Shown here piece after piece: positions 49,105-60,745 of a stretch of 64,000 nucleotides of DNA (position 1 is the stretch's first letter; the number at the start of each line of letters is the position of its first letter). This DNA comes from Heteronotia binoei (lineage: Eukaryota), in contig NC_083236.1 in assembly GCF_032191835.1 (NCBI RefSeq), forward strand, positions 40,238,001-40,302,000. The letters run 5' to 3'. The notes under the pieces are model-generated. The model ran no database searches. It saw only the letters and a list, made by a program, of their open reading frames with translations, and had not been told where the DNA came from. A program made the position numbers and the translations under genes.

Positions 49105-50210
49105 TACATAAGAAGAGCCTTGCTGGATCAGACCAATAGTCCATCTAGTCCAGCATCCTGTCTCACATAGTGGCCAACCAGTTTCTCTGGACAGTCAACA
49201 TCAAGGCATAGATGTAGGTCTCCTCTGAGACCCAGAAGAGCAGTGCCTCTAAATGTGGAGGTTCTGCTCAGTCAGCATGGCCAGTAACCATTGATATGCT
49301 TTTCCCCACCCCTCCATTTGGAAGAAAGCAACAGACACAGTGTTTGGGTAACTAAAAGCTATTTTTATTGATTCAGAAAAGAGAAAACAGCAAGGGCAGT
49401 CCGGCAAGGCCAAGGGTCACCCCTGATCCCTTCTTGCCACATGGGAGAGCCACCCTGCCCCTGATGTGAACCATGGCTATGTGGCTTGCACCCAGCCAGC
49501 ACAGCAAGAAAATTACTACCCTGGATCTCCAACCCTGATTCCTCACAGCTTAGGAGGTGGAGCCAGCTTAGGCAGTCTGCATTCCCAGTCCTGAGCCACA
49601 TAGCCCAAAGGCTGATTCTGACAGACCCCTTTTCCCCCAAAGGGTGGGGGTACCAACTAGGTGCTCCCCAATCTGTTTCTCCTTCCCCTGCGCTATCCCA
49701 CCAAATGACCAACCTATTTAAATGGCACCACCAAGCCAATTGCCCAAAGTCACAGCTAACAGTGTAGGGTATGCAACTCCCCGCCCCCCCCCCCCTTCAT
49801 GGGCCAATCAGTCAGGGACATAAAAAAGTCCTACCTGACTCCAAAAGGTGACCAGCTGAAGCCTACACAATACACAGGATGGGTGGGTGAGTCAAACACG
49901 TGGTGAAGACTGGAGGACAGAGGCAGAGCTGCTCAACTCAAACTGTTGGCTTTGGCCGCTCCACAATGCTGAGTGGTAATCCTCCTCAGCTTGTCTCTCC
50001 TACTGAGGGAGACAAAGTAGCTCCCAGCTATGATTGCCTTAAGGCTCAGCAGCTGGGTGGAGTCAAAATCCTCTATGAATCTATCTAATCCCCTTTTAAA
50101 GCTGTTTATTCCTGTGTCCATCACTACATCCTCTGGTAGTGAATTCTGCTTTTTAATCACTCTTTGTGTAAAGTAGTATTTCCTTTTATCTATCCTGACA
50201 AACATCCATA
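49105..50210 (-). mobile_element. CR1 3' fragment (49105-49290 and 50040-50210) split by a ~700-bp insertion
   Basis: ACATAAGAAGAGCCTTGCTGGATCAGACC...; CTATCTAATCCCCTTTTAAAGCTG; antisense RKYYFTQRVIKKQNSLPEDVV. Confidence 0.7.
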
Positions 50211-50359
50211 GCAAATTCACTCATGTAGTCCAGCCAATTGGAAGAAATGAGTTGAAACAGTTATTTACAATGGTTCTACCTTTCCAGATCTGCTAGGGAG
50301 ACCCTAGAGCCAAGTCCTATGTGGCCTGAGACCTGTCTAACTTTGGGACCTTCTATCCC

Positions 50360-50805
50360 CATATGTGCCCCAGAGAGCACTACATTCAGGGTCCCAAAAT
50401 CTTCTTCAGATTCCTGGACTGAAAGAAGTTCGATTGTCTACCACCAGAGCCAGAGCATTTTCAACAATAGCCCCCGCTCTGTGGAATGCCTTTCCCGAAA
50501 ACATCAGGGCCCTGCAGGACCTGTCACAGTTCCACTGAGCCTGTAAGACCGAACTATTTAACCTTGCCTTCAATAGTTAAGGGGAGGTAGCAAATGTCCT
50601 ACAGTGCTGACAATCCCACTGGACAAATATAGATATTCAGAAACATCGACGTGCATCTTGGAATTTATGGTTAAAATGTGTAGATTGATTTTATTGTATA
50701 TTGTTTTTAATATTCTGTATTTGGTTTTTAACTGTTATTAACCACCCTGAGCCTGTTAGGGGAGGGCGGGATATAAATTTGATAAAATAAAATTAAAATA
50801 AATAG
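50360..50805 (+). mobile_element. L2 3' fragment
   Basis: CAGAGCATTTTCA..GCCCCCGCTCTGTGGAATGCC; terminus CCACCCTGAGCC..GGGAGGGCGGGATATAAAT. Confidence 0.8.
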
Positions 50806-50834
50806 TTGGCCTACCCACCATCCCAAGTTTGTAA

Positions 50835-51047
50835 GGAGGAGGAGGAGAAACCCCACCCTTCACTCTGGGCCTCAGAGCAGTTTACCATCTCCTTTCCCTT
50901 CCTCTCCCCACAAAAGGCTGCAGCTCTTTCAAGAACTGTGACTGACCCAAGGTCACTGCAGCAGGTGCATGTGGAAAAGTGGGGAATCAAACCTGGTTAT
51001 CCCAGATTAGAGTCAGTGCACTTAACCACTACACCAAACTGGTTCTC
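50835..51047 (-). mobile_element. Squam3-like SINE
   Basis: Antisense body ending CACTTAACCACTACACCAAACTGG. Confidence 0.8.
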
Positions 51048-53029
51048 ATTAGCTGGTCCTGTTGGGTGAGGCTGAGCAAGAATGTTTGGGGGAACCTTCA
51101 AATTGTCTTTGGAAAGGGTCATTTCTTTTGCCTGAGCCACATTGTTCAAGGGGTTGGTGGCCAACATAGTCATAATGCTTTGGGATTGATAAAGTTATAT
51201 AACAGGGTAGCAGTGTCATCAAGCACTGGTAAGGCTGATTGTTGGACACTCTGAGGCATTCAAGGATAAAGGGCTATTCCCAAGGCACTGGGATGTATGT
51301 CTGGGTCAATTAGATAGAACTGTTCTTAATGCAGAGCAGTATCAACACAGCACTTACTGGATTGAGCATCACAGAGGGGGAGGATGAGGCTTAACATCTC
51401 TGACTATTCCATGTACGTGTTAGGATGAACAATGCCATTGGTAACTCTGGCCAAGTTTGACGCTAGGCTGGAGTCACCCACAGTGATGGCAGCCATGACA
51501 GACTGCTTGTCAGTAGCAATCTCACACTAAAATAGATGGGGGTACTTTTGTTTTGTAATTCAGATGAGCAGTAAAACCCTAGTTCAACCCATACTTTTGG
51601 TGTCTAAGGTTTTCATTCTCATGTGTGTACAACGATTCCACTTGCATTCTTTTGTTCCTGTGATAGACAGTTGTCTTTAGAAGGCCGCTGTTTTGTCACT
51701 CTCTATTACTAGCCACCTCATCACTAAAATGTGGCACAATTGGAATGTGTTAAACATATGTGCCCCTTTAACAAAATGTAATTACAGCTGCCATGCATTA
51801 AGCACATATGACTGTATTGTTGTGACAACTGTCGTCCAGCAAAGTATCATAACTTGGCATTTTAGTCCACAATACCTTTTGGCTTGTTATTTTCTTTCTC
51901 ATTACATTATTGTCAAGTGTTCCATGTTTATCCTAATTAATGCTAGAGCTGATGCCTTACAACTGCTTCCTTTGTGTTTGTTTCTCATATAATTAAAATA
52001 TTTATTTGTTATGATGGAAACTTTTGCTTCCTTTCAGGGATCTATCACTTATGGTGTAGACCATGACAACTGCAAATGATTCTCATGCATCAACACTCTT
52101 GAAAAGGTATTATAAGACTAGGGCCAGCTATGTAACTAAAATTACCACTGCAAAATATGCATAAATGTTTTGTTTTATGTGTGTAACACAGAGAGCGGGA
52201 GATCTGGAGGGGGAACCCTCTCATTCCTAGTAATTACTGAGAAGCAAAGGTGGTGGTTGCCTTTGTAGTTAGCTCACTTCAACCTTCTCATATAAACCAG
52301 TCTGCCTTGATGGTATGGTGGGATTGAAGGAGATAACTGGGCTGGAAAGGAAACAACATAGAGAATAAGAAGGGGCTGTGTCCATGTCCTACAAATATAT
52401 AGTGAGAAGTGTTGGTGGAAAGTGCTGCCAAGTTTCAGCCAACTTATGGCAACCCTTAGTTTTTTTAAGGCAAGAGACATTCAGAGGTGGCTTGCTACTG
52501 CTGTATAGCAACCCTAGACTTCCTTGGTTGTGTTCCAGTCAAGTACTAACCAGGGATGACCCTATCTAGTTCTGATAGGACCTAGGTCATCCAAGTCAGG
52601 ATATTAGTGAGAGGAAACACCCATTTATCTGGTTGGATTCAACCACTTTTCCCACTTTATCTCATCCAATGCATCCTCACTGTAGTTTTCATCTCACATA
52701 ACATTTTTATTCATGCAAGTCCCACTATCCCCAAAAGAGTGGTTAAAAGGGGGCTTTTCTTTTCTGTCTTTTGCCAGTGGGAAATATGGTAGGATCCAAC
52801 CCTTTGCCATGACCTCCTTACTAAGCAACATAAATGAACAGGCAGGAGGCAATAACACCACTAGTAGAAGGCCAAGCCTCTAAATCTACCATCAGATTTA
52901 AAATGTTCAGTGGGGAGACCCTAGAACCAAGGACTGTTGAACCACAACCTTGGAGATGATATCTCTTGGACTAAACACACATAACCGAGAAAGCTAGATC
53001 CTGTGTCATTCTCTCTCTCTCTCTCTCTG

Positions 53030-53230
53030 TGTGTGTATAATGTCAACAAGTCTCAGCTGACTGATGGGGAACCCAGGTGGAGTTTTCAAGGCAAGTGAGA
53101 AGCATAAGTGGTTTGCCATTGCCTTCCTTTGCAAAGTCTTTCTTGGAGGTCTTCCTTCTAAGTACTGTCTCTGATTAGGTTTCCAGATCTGCTGAGACTG
53201 AACTACACCATACTGCCTTCCCTCCCATGC
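53030..53230 (-). mobile_element. 5S-derived SINE with (CT)n(GT)n tail
   Basis: TTTTCAAGGCAAGTGAGAAGC..GGTTTGCCATTGCCTTCC. Confidence 0.7.
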
Positions 53231-53273
53231 CATTCTAGACCAATCTATTTATAGGTCCAGCTTGTCAGCAGAA

Positions 53274-53484
53274 GGACGGTGGCTCAGTGGTAGAGCATCT
53301 GCTTGGTAAGCAGAAGGTCCCAGGTTCAATCCTTGGCATCTCCAACTAAAAAGGGTCCAGGCAAGTAGGCGTGAAAAACCTCAGCTTGAGACCCTGGAGA
53401 GCTGCTGCCAGTCTGAGTAGACAATACTGACTTTGATGGACTGAGGGTCTGATTCAGTATAAGGCAGCTTCATATGTTCATATG
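53274..53484 (+). mobile_element. Squam2-like SINE (tRNA head plus CR1-like tail)
   Basis: Intact A box TGGCTCAGTGG and B box GGTTCAATCC in a cloverleaf-like head (53274-53344); body ends CAGTATAAGGCAGCTTCATATGTTCATATG. Confidence 0.85.
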
Positions 53485-53699
53485 GAGACGATGCACCCAG
53501 CAGGAGCTGCTGGAAAGTCAAGGCTGCAAGCTATGGCTTTATTGCTTAGAGGGCCACGACTGCAGCAAGAAGGTGGGCCCAGGCACGGAGCTAAAGGTTC
53601 TGCCACCCCAGGCAGAACCTGCTCCCCCAGGAGTTGAATCTCACATGCATAGCACGCGCAGCATGATGACATCACCTAAAGTGACATCATCACACTGGC

Positions 53700-54500
53700 A
53701 TGCTCTGCTGGCCCACCCAACTCCCTCTGAAGGAGGGAGGGGCAAGGGGTGAGCTGAGCATTCTTGCTCAGCTCGTTCCTTGCCGAGCCCTCCCGCCCCC
53801 TTCAAAGGGAGCTGGCTGAGAAGCGGCTGCCTGCATGCTTCTTCCTCCGTTCCAATTTGGAACGGAGGCAGAAGCATGTGGGTGGCCACTCCCCAACCAG
53901 CCGAGTACCTCTGTACTGGGGAAGTGGGCTGGGCGAAGGGCAGACCAAGCAAGAACACTCGATCCACACCTCACCCAGTTCTTCCGCCCGCCCCCCCCCG
54001 CTTCAAAGGGAGCTGGCGGGGAAGTGGCAGCCTGCATGCTTCTTCCTCCGTTCCGATTTGGGATGGAGGAAAAAGCATGCGGGCAGCTGCTTCCCAGCCA
54101 ACTGAGTCCCTCTGAAGGGGGGAAGTGGGCTGGGCAAAGGGCAGGCTGCACAAGAATGCTCAGCCCACACCTCGCCCAGCCCTCCCCCCATTCAAAGGGG
54201 GCTGACAGAGAAGTGGCCGCCTGCATGCGTCTTCCTCCGTTCCAATTCGGAACAGAGGAAGAATGACATGGGTAGCTGCTGCCCAGCCACCTGAGTCCCT
54301 CTGAAGAGGCAGAGTGGAGGGGCTGGGTGAGGGGTGGTCCAAGCAAGAATGCTTGGCCCACCCCTATCCCAACTCACTCCCCCCCGCCTTCAGAGGGACT
54401 CAGCTGGCTGGGAAGTGGTACCCACGTGCTTCTGCCTCCATTCCAAATTGGAATGGAGAAAGAAGCATGCAGGCGGCCGCTTTCCAGCCAGCTCCGTCAG
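53700..54500. repeat. Tandem array of ~190-200-bp units built from alternating hairpins, inside a dispersed element (~53560-54620)
   Basis: Hairpin GCATGCTTCTTCCTCCGTTCC-loop-GGAACGGAGG(C/A)AGAAGCATG starts at 53833, 54034, 54223 and 54423; the last copy is inverted relative to the first. Confidence 0.85.
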
Positions 54501-55910
54501 TGCGAGCGGGGAGGGGGTGCCTGCCCCCACCCCCTGCCCCTGTGGCCAGGTGGTGTCCGAGGTGGCCTATTCCCACGCGCCGGCCTTGGGTGGGCCTAAG
54601 AAAGGTAGCCTGGCAGAGAGGACTAGAGCTTTCAGCTGGCTCCAAACCATTATGGGAATGAGGTACTTGCTCCCTCAGCTCAGTTCCTGGCTCTGATTTC
54701 ACTCATGTTCGTGAGAGAGTGATCTGGAGCTGTGCTTGTTGGCTAACTGATAATCTTGCTTCAACCCCTGCTTGATCCACACGCCTAAGCATAGCAGTTA
54801 GATTAAATGTAAAGTGTGCCATTGAGTCACAGCTGACACACGTTGACCCCATGAAGCTCCACCTCAGGGGGTTATCAAGGCAAGGGATGAGCCAGCATAG
54901 CTTGCCATTGCCTTCCTCTGTATACCAGCCTGTGTCTTCCTTGGTGTTCCCTGCTTAGTTTCTGAGCTCTGGCAAAATCAGGCTAGTTTGGTATATTAGA
55001 GCTGATAGTAGTTAGATTACATGTGAGGAATTCTCACTCATCCGTGAAGCTCACTGATGAGATTGGATCAGACACACTCTCTCAACCTAACCTATCTCAC
55101 AGAGTCATTGTGAGGGAACTATGGGAAAGAAGACCACATACATTGCCCTAAGCTCCCCATACAAAGGGCACAATAACTACAGAATGAATAAATAAATAAA
55201 TCCTCTTTGTGGACTAGACAGCTCCTTTCAGCTCACATGCCTACCTTCGGATCAAATAATGTAGGTACAATGTATTGAAATACTCCCCTCTAAATCTTTC
55301 ATGCATCTTCAATGTGTGTGTGCATTTTTTTTTCAGTATGCCTAAACACAGCTACAAAAAATGTGTTTGTATCGAGCTGCAGGGGAAAATCTCAACATCC
55401 ACTCCCATTTTTCCATATAACATTTAAACTATAAAATCATATTTACTCTTCTGATTTTCAAATTCAATAATCTAATCAACAGATAGGAAGAACATAATGC
55501 AATGTGGGTGACAAAACTGCACGCCATCAATATGAAAAGAGGAATAATTGAAGTTAACACTGAGAAAAATATAGTCCTAGTGAGAGCTCAACGGCATTGT
55601 CATAGCCATTAATAGTTATTTGATTAACAGGCCTATGAATAATCAGAATGGGCTCCCACTCTCCCACAATATTGAATAATAATTCTAATTACCCGATTAC
55701 TTCTGATTTTCAGCTAGTGACATATCTTGCTCTTCCAAATACAAGCAGCTTGGATAAAGCTTTTTCTTAAATACTTTCCCCTCCTTGCACTGAAATACTG
55801 TGGGCAGGCAGTAATTATGTACATCCTGCCCCTCAGAAAAATTCTCCGAGATGCTTTATATGTTGCACTCAAATCTGGTCCTCCTCCATATGTTTTAGAT
55901 CAGTTATATC

Positions 55911-56102
55911 CAATGTTCCCTCTAAACTACAGATTCCTGTGAGCAAAAAATTCTACTTTGTGAGCTACTGGCATTAAAGTTGTGAGCTACTGCATAAATT
56001 ATTGTGCTCTGGGGTCATCCCCGAGCTGAGACAAAAATGTGTGAGCTGGAAGCTAAAAATCTGTGAGCTAGCTCATGCTAACTCAGCTTAGAGGGAACAC
56101 TA
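55911..56102. mobile_element. hAT MITE (CAGTGTTCCCTCTAAG family)
   Basis: CAATGTTCCCTCTAA...CTTAGAGGGAACACTA; same interior as 23677-24207; a further copy at ~44753-44940. Confidence 0.85.
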
Positions 56103-56111
56103 TCAACTGAA

Positions 56112-56305
56112 CACATGAAGCTGTCTTATTTCAAGTCGACCCTTGGTTTAGTACTGCTAATCCCAACTGTCCCAGAAGAGACTTGGGCAGACATATTTCT
56201 CATCACCTTCTAACCTGAACTTTTTGAACTGTAGATACTGAGGACTGAACCTGGGACCTTTTGCATGCCAAGCAGACGTTTGACCACTTAGCTATGTCCC
56301 CTCCC
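56112..56305 (-). mobile_element. Squam2-like SINE, diverged
   Basis: ACATGAAGCTGTCTTAT tail; GACTGAACCTGGGACCTT..GCATGCCAAGCAGA..CCACTTAGCTATG head in antisense. Confidence 0.7.
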
Positions 56306-56600
56306 CCAAAGCACTGAAGAATGCAGGCATCAATCCTACTACCTTTCACATGCTAAGTGAGTGTACTACCACTTCAACTAATTCAGCATGCAAATTATCC
56401 ACTTCACAGATGCCCTGTTAAGATGTCACTGTTTTGCTGCTCTGATCTTGCACAATGGGAGAATTAGGAAGGACCCTACTACCCACAAATTTTCCCAATA
56501 TACGCAGTCACCATTTTCTGTAAATAGGACAAGGCATGAATTTTCCAGCTTCACCACACATGTGACACTCTGGATGCTAATTTTGGCTGAATCCTATAAC

Positions 56601-56695
56601 CAGGGCTTTTTTTTTTGTAGCAGAAACTCCTTTGCATATTAGGCCACACACCCCTGATGTAGCCAATCCTCCTTGAGCTTACAGTAAGCCCTCTA
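56601..56695. mobile_element. Half copy of the palindromic hAT MITE, truncated at a Penelope fragment
   Basis: Left arm only. Confidence 0.8.
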
Positions 56696-56698
56696 GAT

Positions 56699-56830
56699 AG
56701 ATCCAGGTGGGCAGCCGTGTTGGTCTGAAGCAGTAGAACAAAGCAAGAGTCAAGTGGCACCTTTCAGATCAGCAAACATTTATTCAGAATGTAAGCTTTC
56801 GTGTGCATGCACACTTCTTCAGATGAGAAA
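56699..56830 (-). mobile_element. Penelope-like pLTR fragment with hammerhead core
   Basis: GCAGCCGTGTTGGTCTGAAGCAG..GAGTCAAGTGGCACCTTT..TTTATTCAG..AAGCTTTCG, a typical sauropsid PLE terminus; a similar degenerate fragment at ~1040-1140. Confidence 0.7.
56790..56822 (-). ncRNA. Minimal hammerhead ribozyme core (PLE-type)
   Basis: Minus strand reads CTGAAGA-A-GTGTG-CATG-CACAC-GAAA-GCTT: conserved core, 5-bp stem II, palindromic AAGCTT stem III; stem I pairing is poor. Confidence 0.5.
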
Positions 56831-57163
56831 TGAAGTACATATAGCTTGTAGGGTTTAGAATGCAAAGTGGTACAAAAATACAATAGCCGAATAGTAAAAT
56901 TAACAAATTTAGAAAACCTTTGATCTGGGTTGCATTGGAGTGGGAAACCAATAAAGCAGTCACATGTCAGAACGTGAGAATGTATGTTAATTATTCTATT
57001 GCTAATAAGCCTGGGTCAAAATGAGGGCATTTCTTTCCCAGAAGTTTTTCCTGTCCAACTAATTTACCTTTTAGCATGTAGCATAAATATATACATCATT
57101 CTAGTTTGCCATTAGAAAAAATACATTAAAATATAGTGGAAGATGGGTTTAATATATGCAATA

Positions 57164-57348
57164 CATGGCTTTTTTTGTAGCAGGAACTCCTTTGCATACT
57201 GGGCCATGCCCCCCTGATGTAGCCAATCCTCCAAGAGTTTACAGAGCTCTTAGTACAGGGCCCACTGGAAGCTCCAGGAGGATTGGCTACATCAGGGATG
57301 TGTGGCCTAATATGCAAAGGAGTTCCTGCTAGAAAAAATAAAGTCCTG
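57164..57348. mobile_element. Palindromic hAT MITE (CAGGGCTTTTTTT family)
   Basis: Same palindrome as 17852-18031. Confidence 0.88.
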
Positions 57349-58378
57349 CCAAATGAACGGCAAATAAAACTGAGCAGTCCCCAATAGTTTAAAAAATCAG
57401 AGGGGTAAATCCCACCCACCTCCTATTTGAATAGCATCCTTTTCTGCTCCTACAGCAGATGTAAATCAGAGTCATCTGCTTCTGCATATCTTCTGTCCTT
57501 CCATGACATTACTGTAATCAACAGAGTTGTGTTTCTAAACTCTAGTGATCATCTCTCTCTGTCTCTCTCTCTCTCTGTGGAGCAGAAAAGAATCTCCAAG
57601 TGGAAGCATAATTTCAGTTGGAACATAGCACATTTTTATTCAGCACAGACATTTCTCGCAGGGATCATACTGCTCTTAGCTATGCCAGAGGTAAATGGCA
57701 TGCAAGGGAAAGTCAGAGAAGGGCAACCATTCTGAAAATGCAGGGAGGCCTCCTGCATTCGAATGCATTTGAGTCCTTAATAGCGAGCACTGTGGATTAG
57801 GAGGGTGCTAGGTGGGAGATTTTTATACACACCTGACTGCAAGGCAATTACGTTTGTAGCTGACTCAGTCTGTAGGTTTGTTTGCACAAACTGTTCCCCC
57901 CCCCCCAAAAAAAAAAAGATTTGCTGCATAATAGAATTTATGTGGGAGGGAGGGGAAGCAAAGTTTTGCATTGATTCAGTTCAAGGGTTGCTGCCAAATT
58001 TTGGCACTAGTAAAGTTCTTAGTCAAATTTAGAAATTTCAGCTGGTTTCATGGAATTGTGGAGAAAGCAAAAACACATGCATGCACAATAATTTCAATAA
58101 GAGAAATTTCTTGATTGATTTTTTTTTTGCATGTTTCTGTCTCTATCACCCCATGGAAAATAATCTTGCAGTGTGTGGCTATCATCTGACTCTCACTGCC
58201 ACTGGATGTTCTCTTGAGGCTGCTGAAGAACCTTTCCATGCAGTGGCCAAACTGGACAGACTTCATCACTGCAGTAGTTACAGACTTTAAAGAAAGGTCT
58301 GTGATACAACATCTCAGTAACAGAGTATTTTAAAAGTCCCATGTTCCACCCAACCATCTCCAGTTAAAAGGTCCCAAG

Positions 58379-58566
58379 AAGGGCTTTTTTTGTAGCAGGA
58401 ACTCCTTTGCATATTAGGCTATACACCCCTGATGTGTCCAGCCCTCCAAGAGCTTACTGGGCTCTTCTTATAGGGCCTACTGTAAGCTCTTGGAGGATTG
58501 GCTACATCAGGGGTGTGTGGCCTGATATGCAAAGGAGTTCCTGCTACAAAAAAAAAAGCAGCCCTG
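58379..58566. mobile_element. Palindromic hAT MITE inserted in a Squam2-like SINE (58352-58695)
   Basis: Same palindrome; SINE body continues on both sides (CATCTCCAGTTAAAAGG / GGAGAGCTGCTGCCAGTC). Confidence 0.88.
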
Positions 58567-60544
58567 GTTTGAGGTAATAGGAGATATGAAAGACTGCTAT
58601 CTGAGATCTTGGAGAGCTGCTGCCAGTCAGAGGAGACTATACTGGCTTTGTTAAACCAATGGCCTGATTCAATATAAGTCAGTTTCTTGTGTTCAATTTC
58701 TCTTGAAAACTGGAGAATTTGGTGGGGTTTGTTTGGGGGAAAAGACCTGAAGAACGTTGAGGGAAATAAAAAGAGTTGTAAAATGAGGAGAATGTCCCCA
58801 AGGAGTTCTGCACGTTCCTAACTCAAGTGAAAAGATGGAACACATCATGGAATATACTGAATGCAGTGAATCTTTCTGAAGAGTAAATTGTTTTGAATGT
58901 ATCTTTGAAAAACATTATAGCAGGTGATATCTGAGAGAGGGGTATAAATCACATAGAAATACTTGTTTTAGGAAGTATGTATTTTAAAGTGTTCTAATAA
59001 ACCTTAAAGCTTCTCTATATTTTCTTCTCCATCTCTCTCAAGATTTATCTCCCCCCCCCCCCACAACATGCACATACAGAAAACTAGCCAAATGCTGTTT
59101 TGGGGCCAAGCAGGAATTTTAGGAAATCCCCTGACTGACAATGGAGGGAGCACAAAATAACTTCCATCACAAATTTGGGGCACTTCATGGTTTGTGAAGC
59201 CATGTTTGTAAAATGAAAAACCACCGTGGACTTCCATGAATTTTGATGCAGGAGCTGCCCATTCTCAGATGTTTGCTTTAAATGCTTGGAGCCATTTAAA
59301 CCACTGCTCTGTTTCCTGCTTTTTGAGGCCAGCAGAAATCTAGGGGTAAAATCCCTAGGAGGAATTTCACCCCCTGCTTTCTGCTGGCCACAGGCAGTGG
59401 AATGCTTGGGGTGAAATGGCTCAGAGCCTTTTATGCATTCCACCCCCCAGATTTCTGCTGGCCAAGGCTTTTCCTGGCCGTCAGAAAGTGGGGAAAGCAG
59501 CCATTTAATCCCTTCCCCCCTGCATTTTGCTCACTGCCAGAAGCTGTGGCAAGAAGAAAGCTGGGGTGGAACCCAGAGCCATTTAAATCCCTGCTTTCTG
59601 CTTCCTGCCACTTTTCTCAAGGAACAAAAGCAGGGATTTAAACTTTAAATGGCTGACAAACCATACAAACATACTGGTTCGGTTCAGAACCAATCTCCTG
59701 GTTTATATGGGTCTATGTTTTGGTCCATGTCCATCCCTATTTGCAATGTCTGAGGATGGAAAGGATTTAGATTAATTAGCCCTTTTATTTGAATTATTAG
59801 GACATAGCTAGATTTGGCAGCTACAGAAACAGTAGTGAAATTGTGGTGTCCCTTGGTTCACCTGTGATAACACTTTGCACCTTTTCTTGGGTATCTCCCC
59901 TCATTTGGTTGTCCCACTGGAAAGAGAAACAGAATTAAAGAAGGTGCTGCAGGGTTTTCCCTTAGTTTCCTGGCTTTTGTAGGAGCTGTATTTACTAACC
60001 TTGTTGTCAAGGCTAAGAGAGAAACATAAGGATGCAAATAGTGGTCAGTGATGTATATCGTACATGGGTGTTTTCTTCTTCCACTGGTGAAAAAAAAAAA
60101 TCTTCCTCATGCTGGTTTTATGAGGACTTTTATGCCCAGCTTTTTAAAAACGTCTCCTTCTAGCATGGTTGTGTTGTAAAGTACACACATACGTATTTTA
60201 TATTTCTGTGCAAAGAATGTATTAAGAGTTTTAATACAGATGTGTAATATTTGTTCATATTTTGTGACTCATTTTTCATGTTCATATTTTTCTTGATGCC
60301 TCTATCTATGACATTCAAAGATGATATTGGAGGGCTGGGAATAATTAATTGAGTGTTACCTGTTGACTCAGGGCTGGAGACTGTTGGTGACTGTAGCAGA
60401 TGTTGACTATAACTCCCAATCAGCCTGCAGTTTGCCTTCCTGCTTGCTGACTTCTGCTGGCTCAGAGTTTGTTACAAGTGGCTCTCCTCCTCCTGAGGAG
60501 ACCTCTTCTCCTGAAGAGTTCTCACTAAGCCCTGACTGACAACT

Positions 60545-60745
60545 GGCTCCAGCTTGAATACCAGATCAGGTTCAAGGTTCTGATATTGACTTTTAAGGCC
60601 CTAAATGGTCTGGGGCCAATGCATCTATGGGATCATCTCTGTTGGCATACCCTCCAAAGAGCATTGTGCTCTGGAGGGAAGAATCTTCTAGTGATTGCTA
60701 ACCCAAAGGATATCTGGCTCTGGCCCTGGCCTGGTGGAACTCTCT
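60545..60745 (+). mobile_element. L2 fragment, old
   Basis: GTTCAAGGTTCTGATATTGACTTTTAAGGCCCTAAATGGTCTGGGGCC. Confidence 0.7.

Noticed and set aside
53274-53344. tRNA gene (apparent GGT anticodon)
   Set aside because: Continues directly into a Squam2-like SINE body; related decayed copies lie at 56112 and 58352
53700-54500. CRISPR-like repeat-spacer array
   Set aside because: Vertebrate DNA, the inter-repeat segments are homologous to each other rather than unique spacers, and there are no cas genes
58048-58290. Overlapping 69-73 aa ORFs as a host exon
   Set aside because: No recognisable domain and ORF lengths expected by chance
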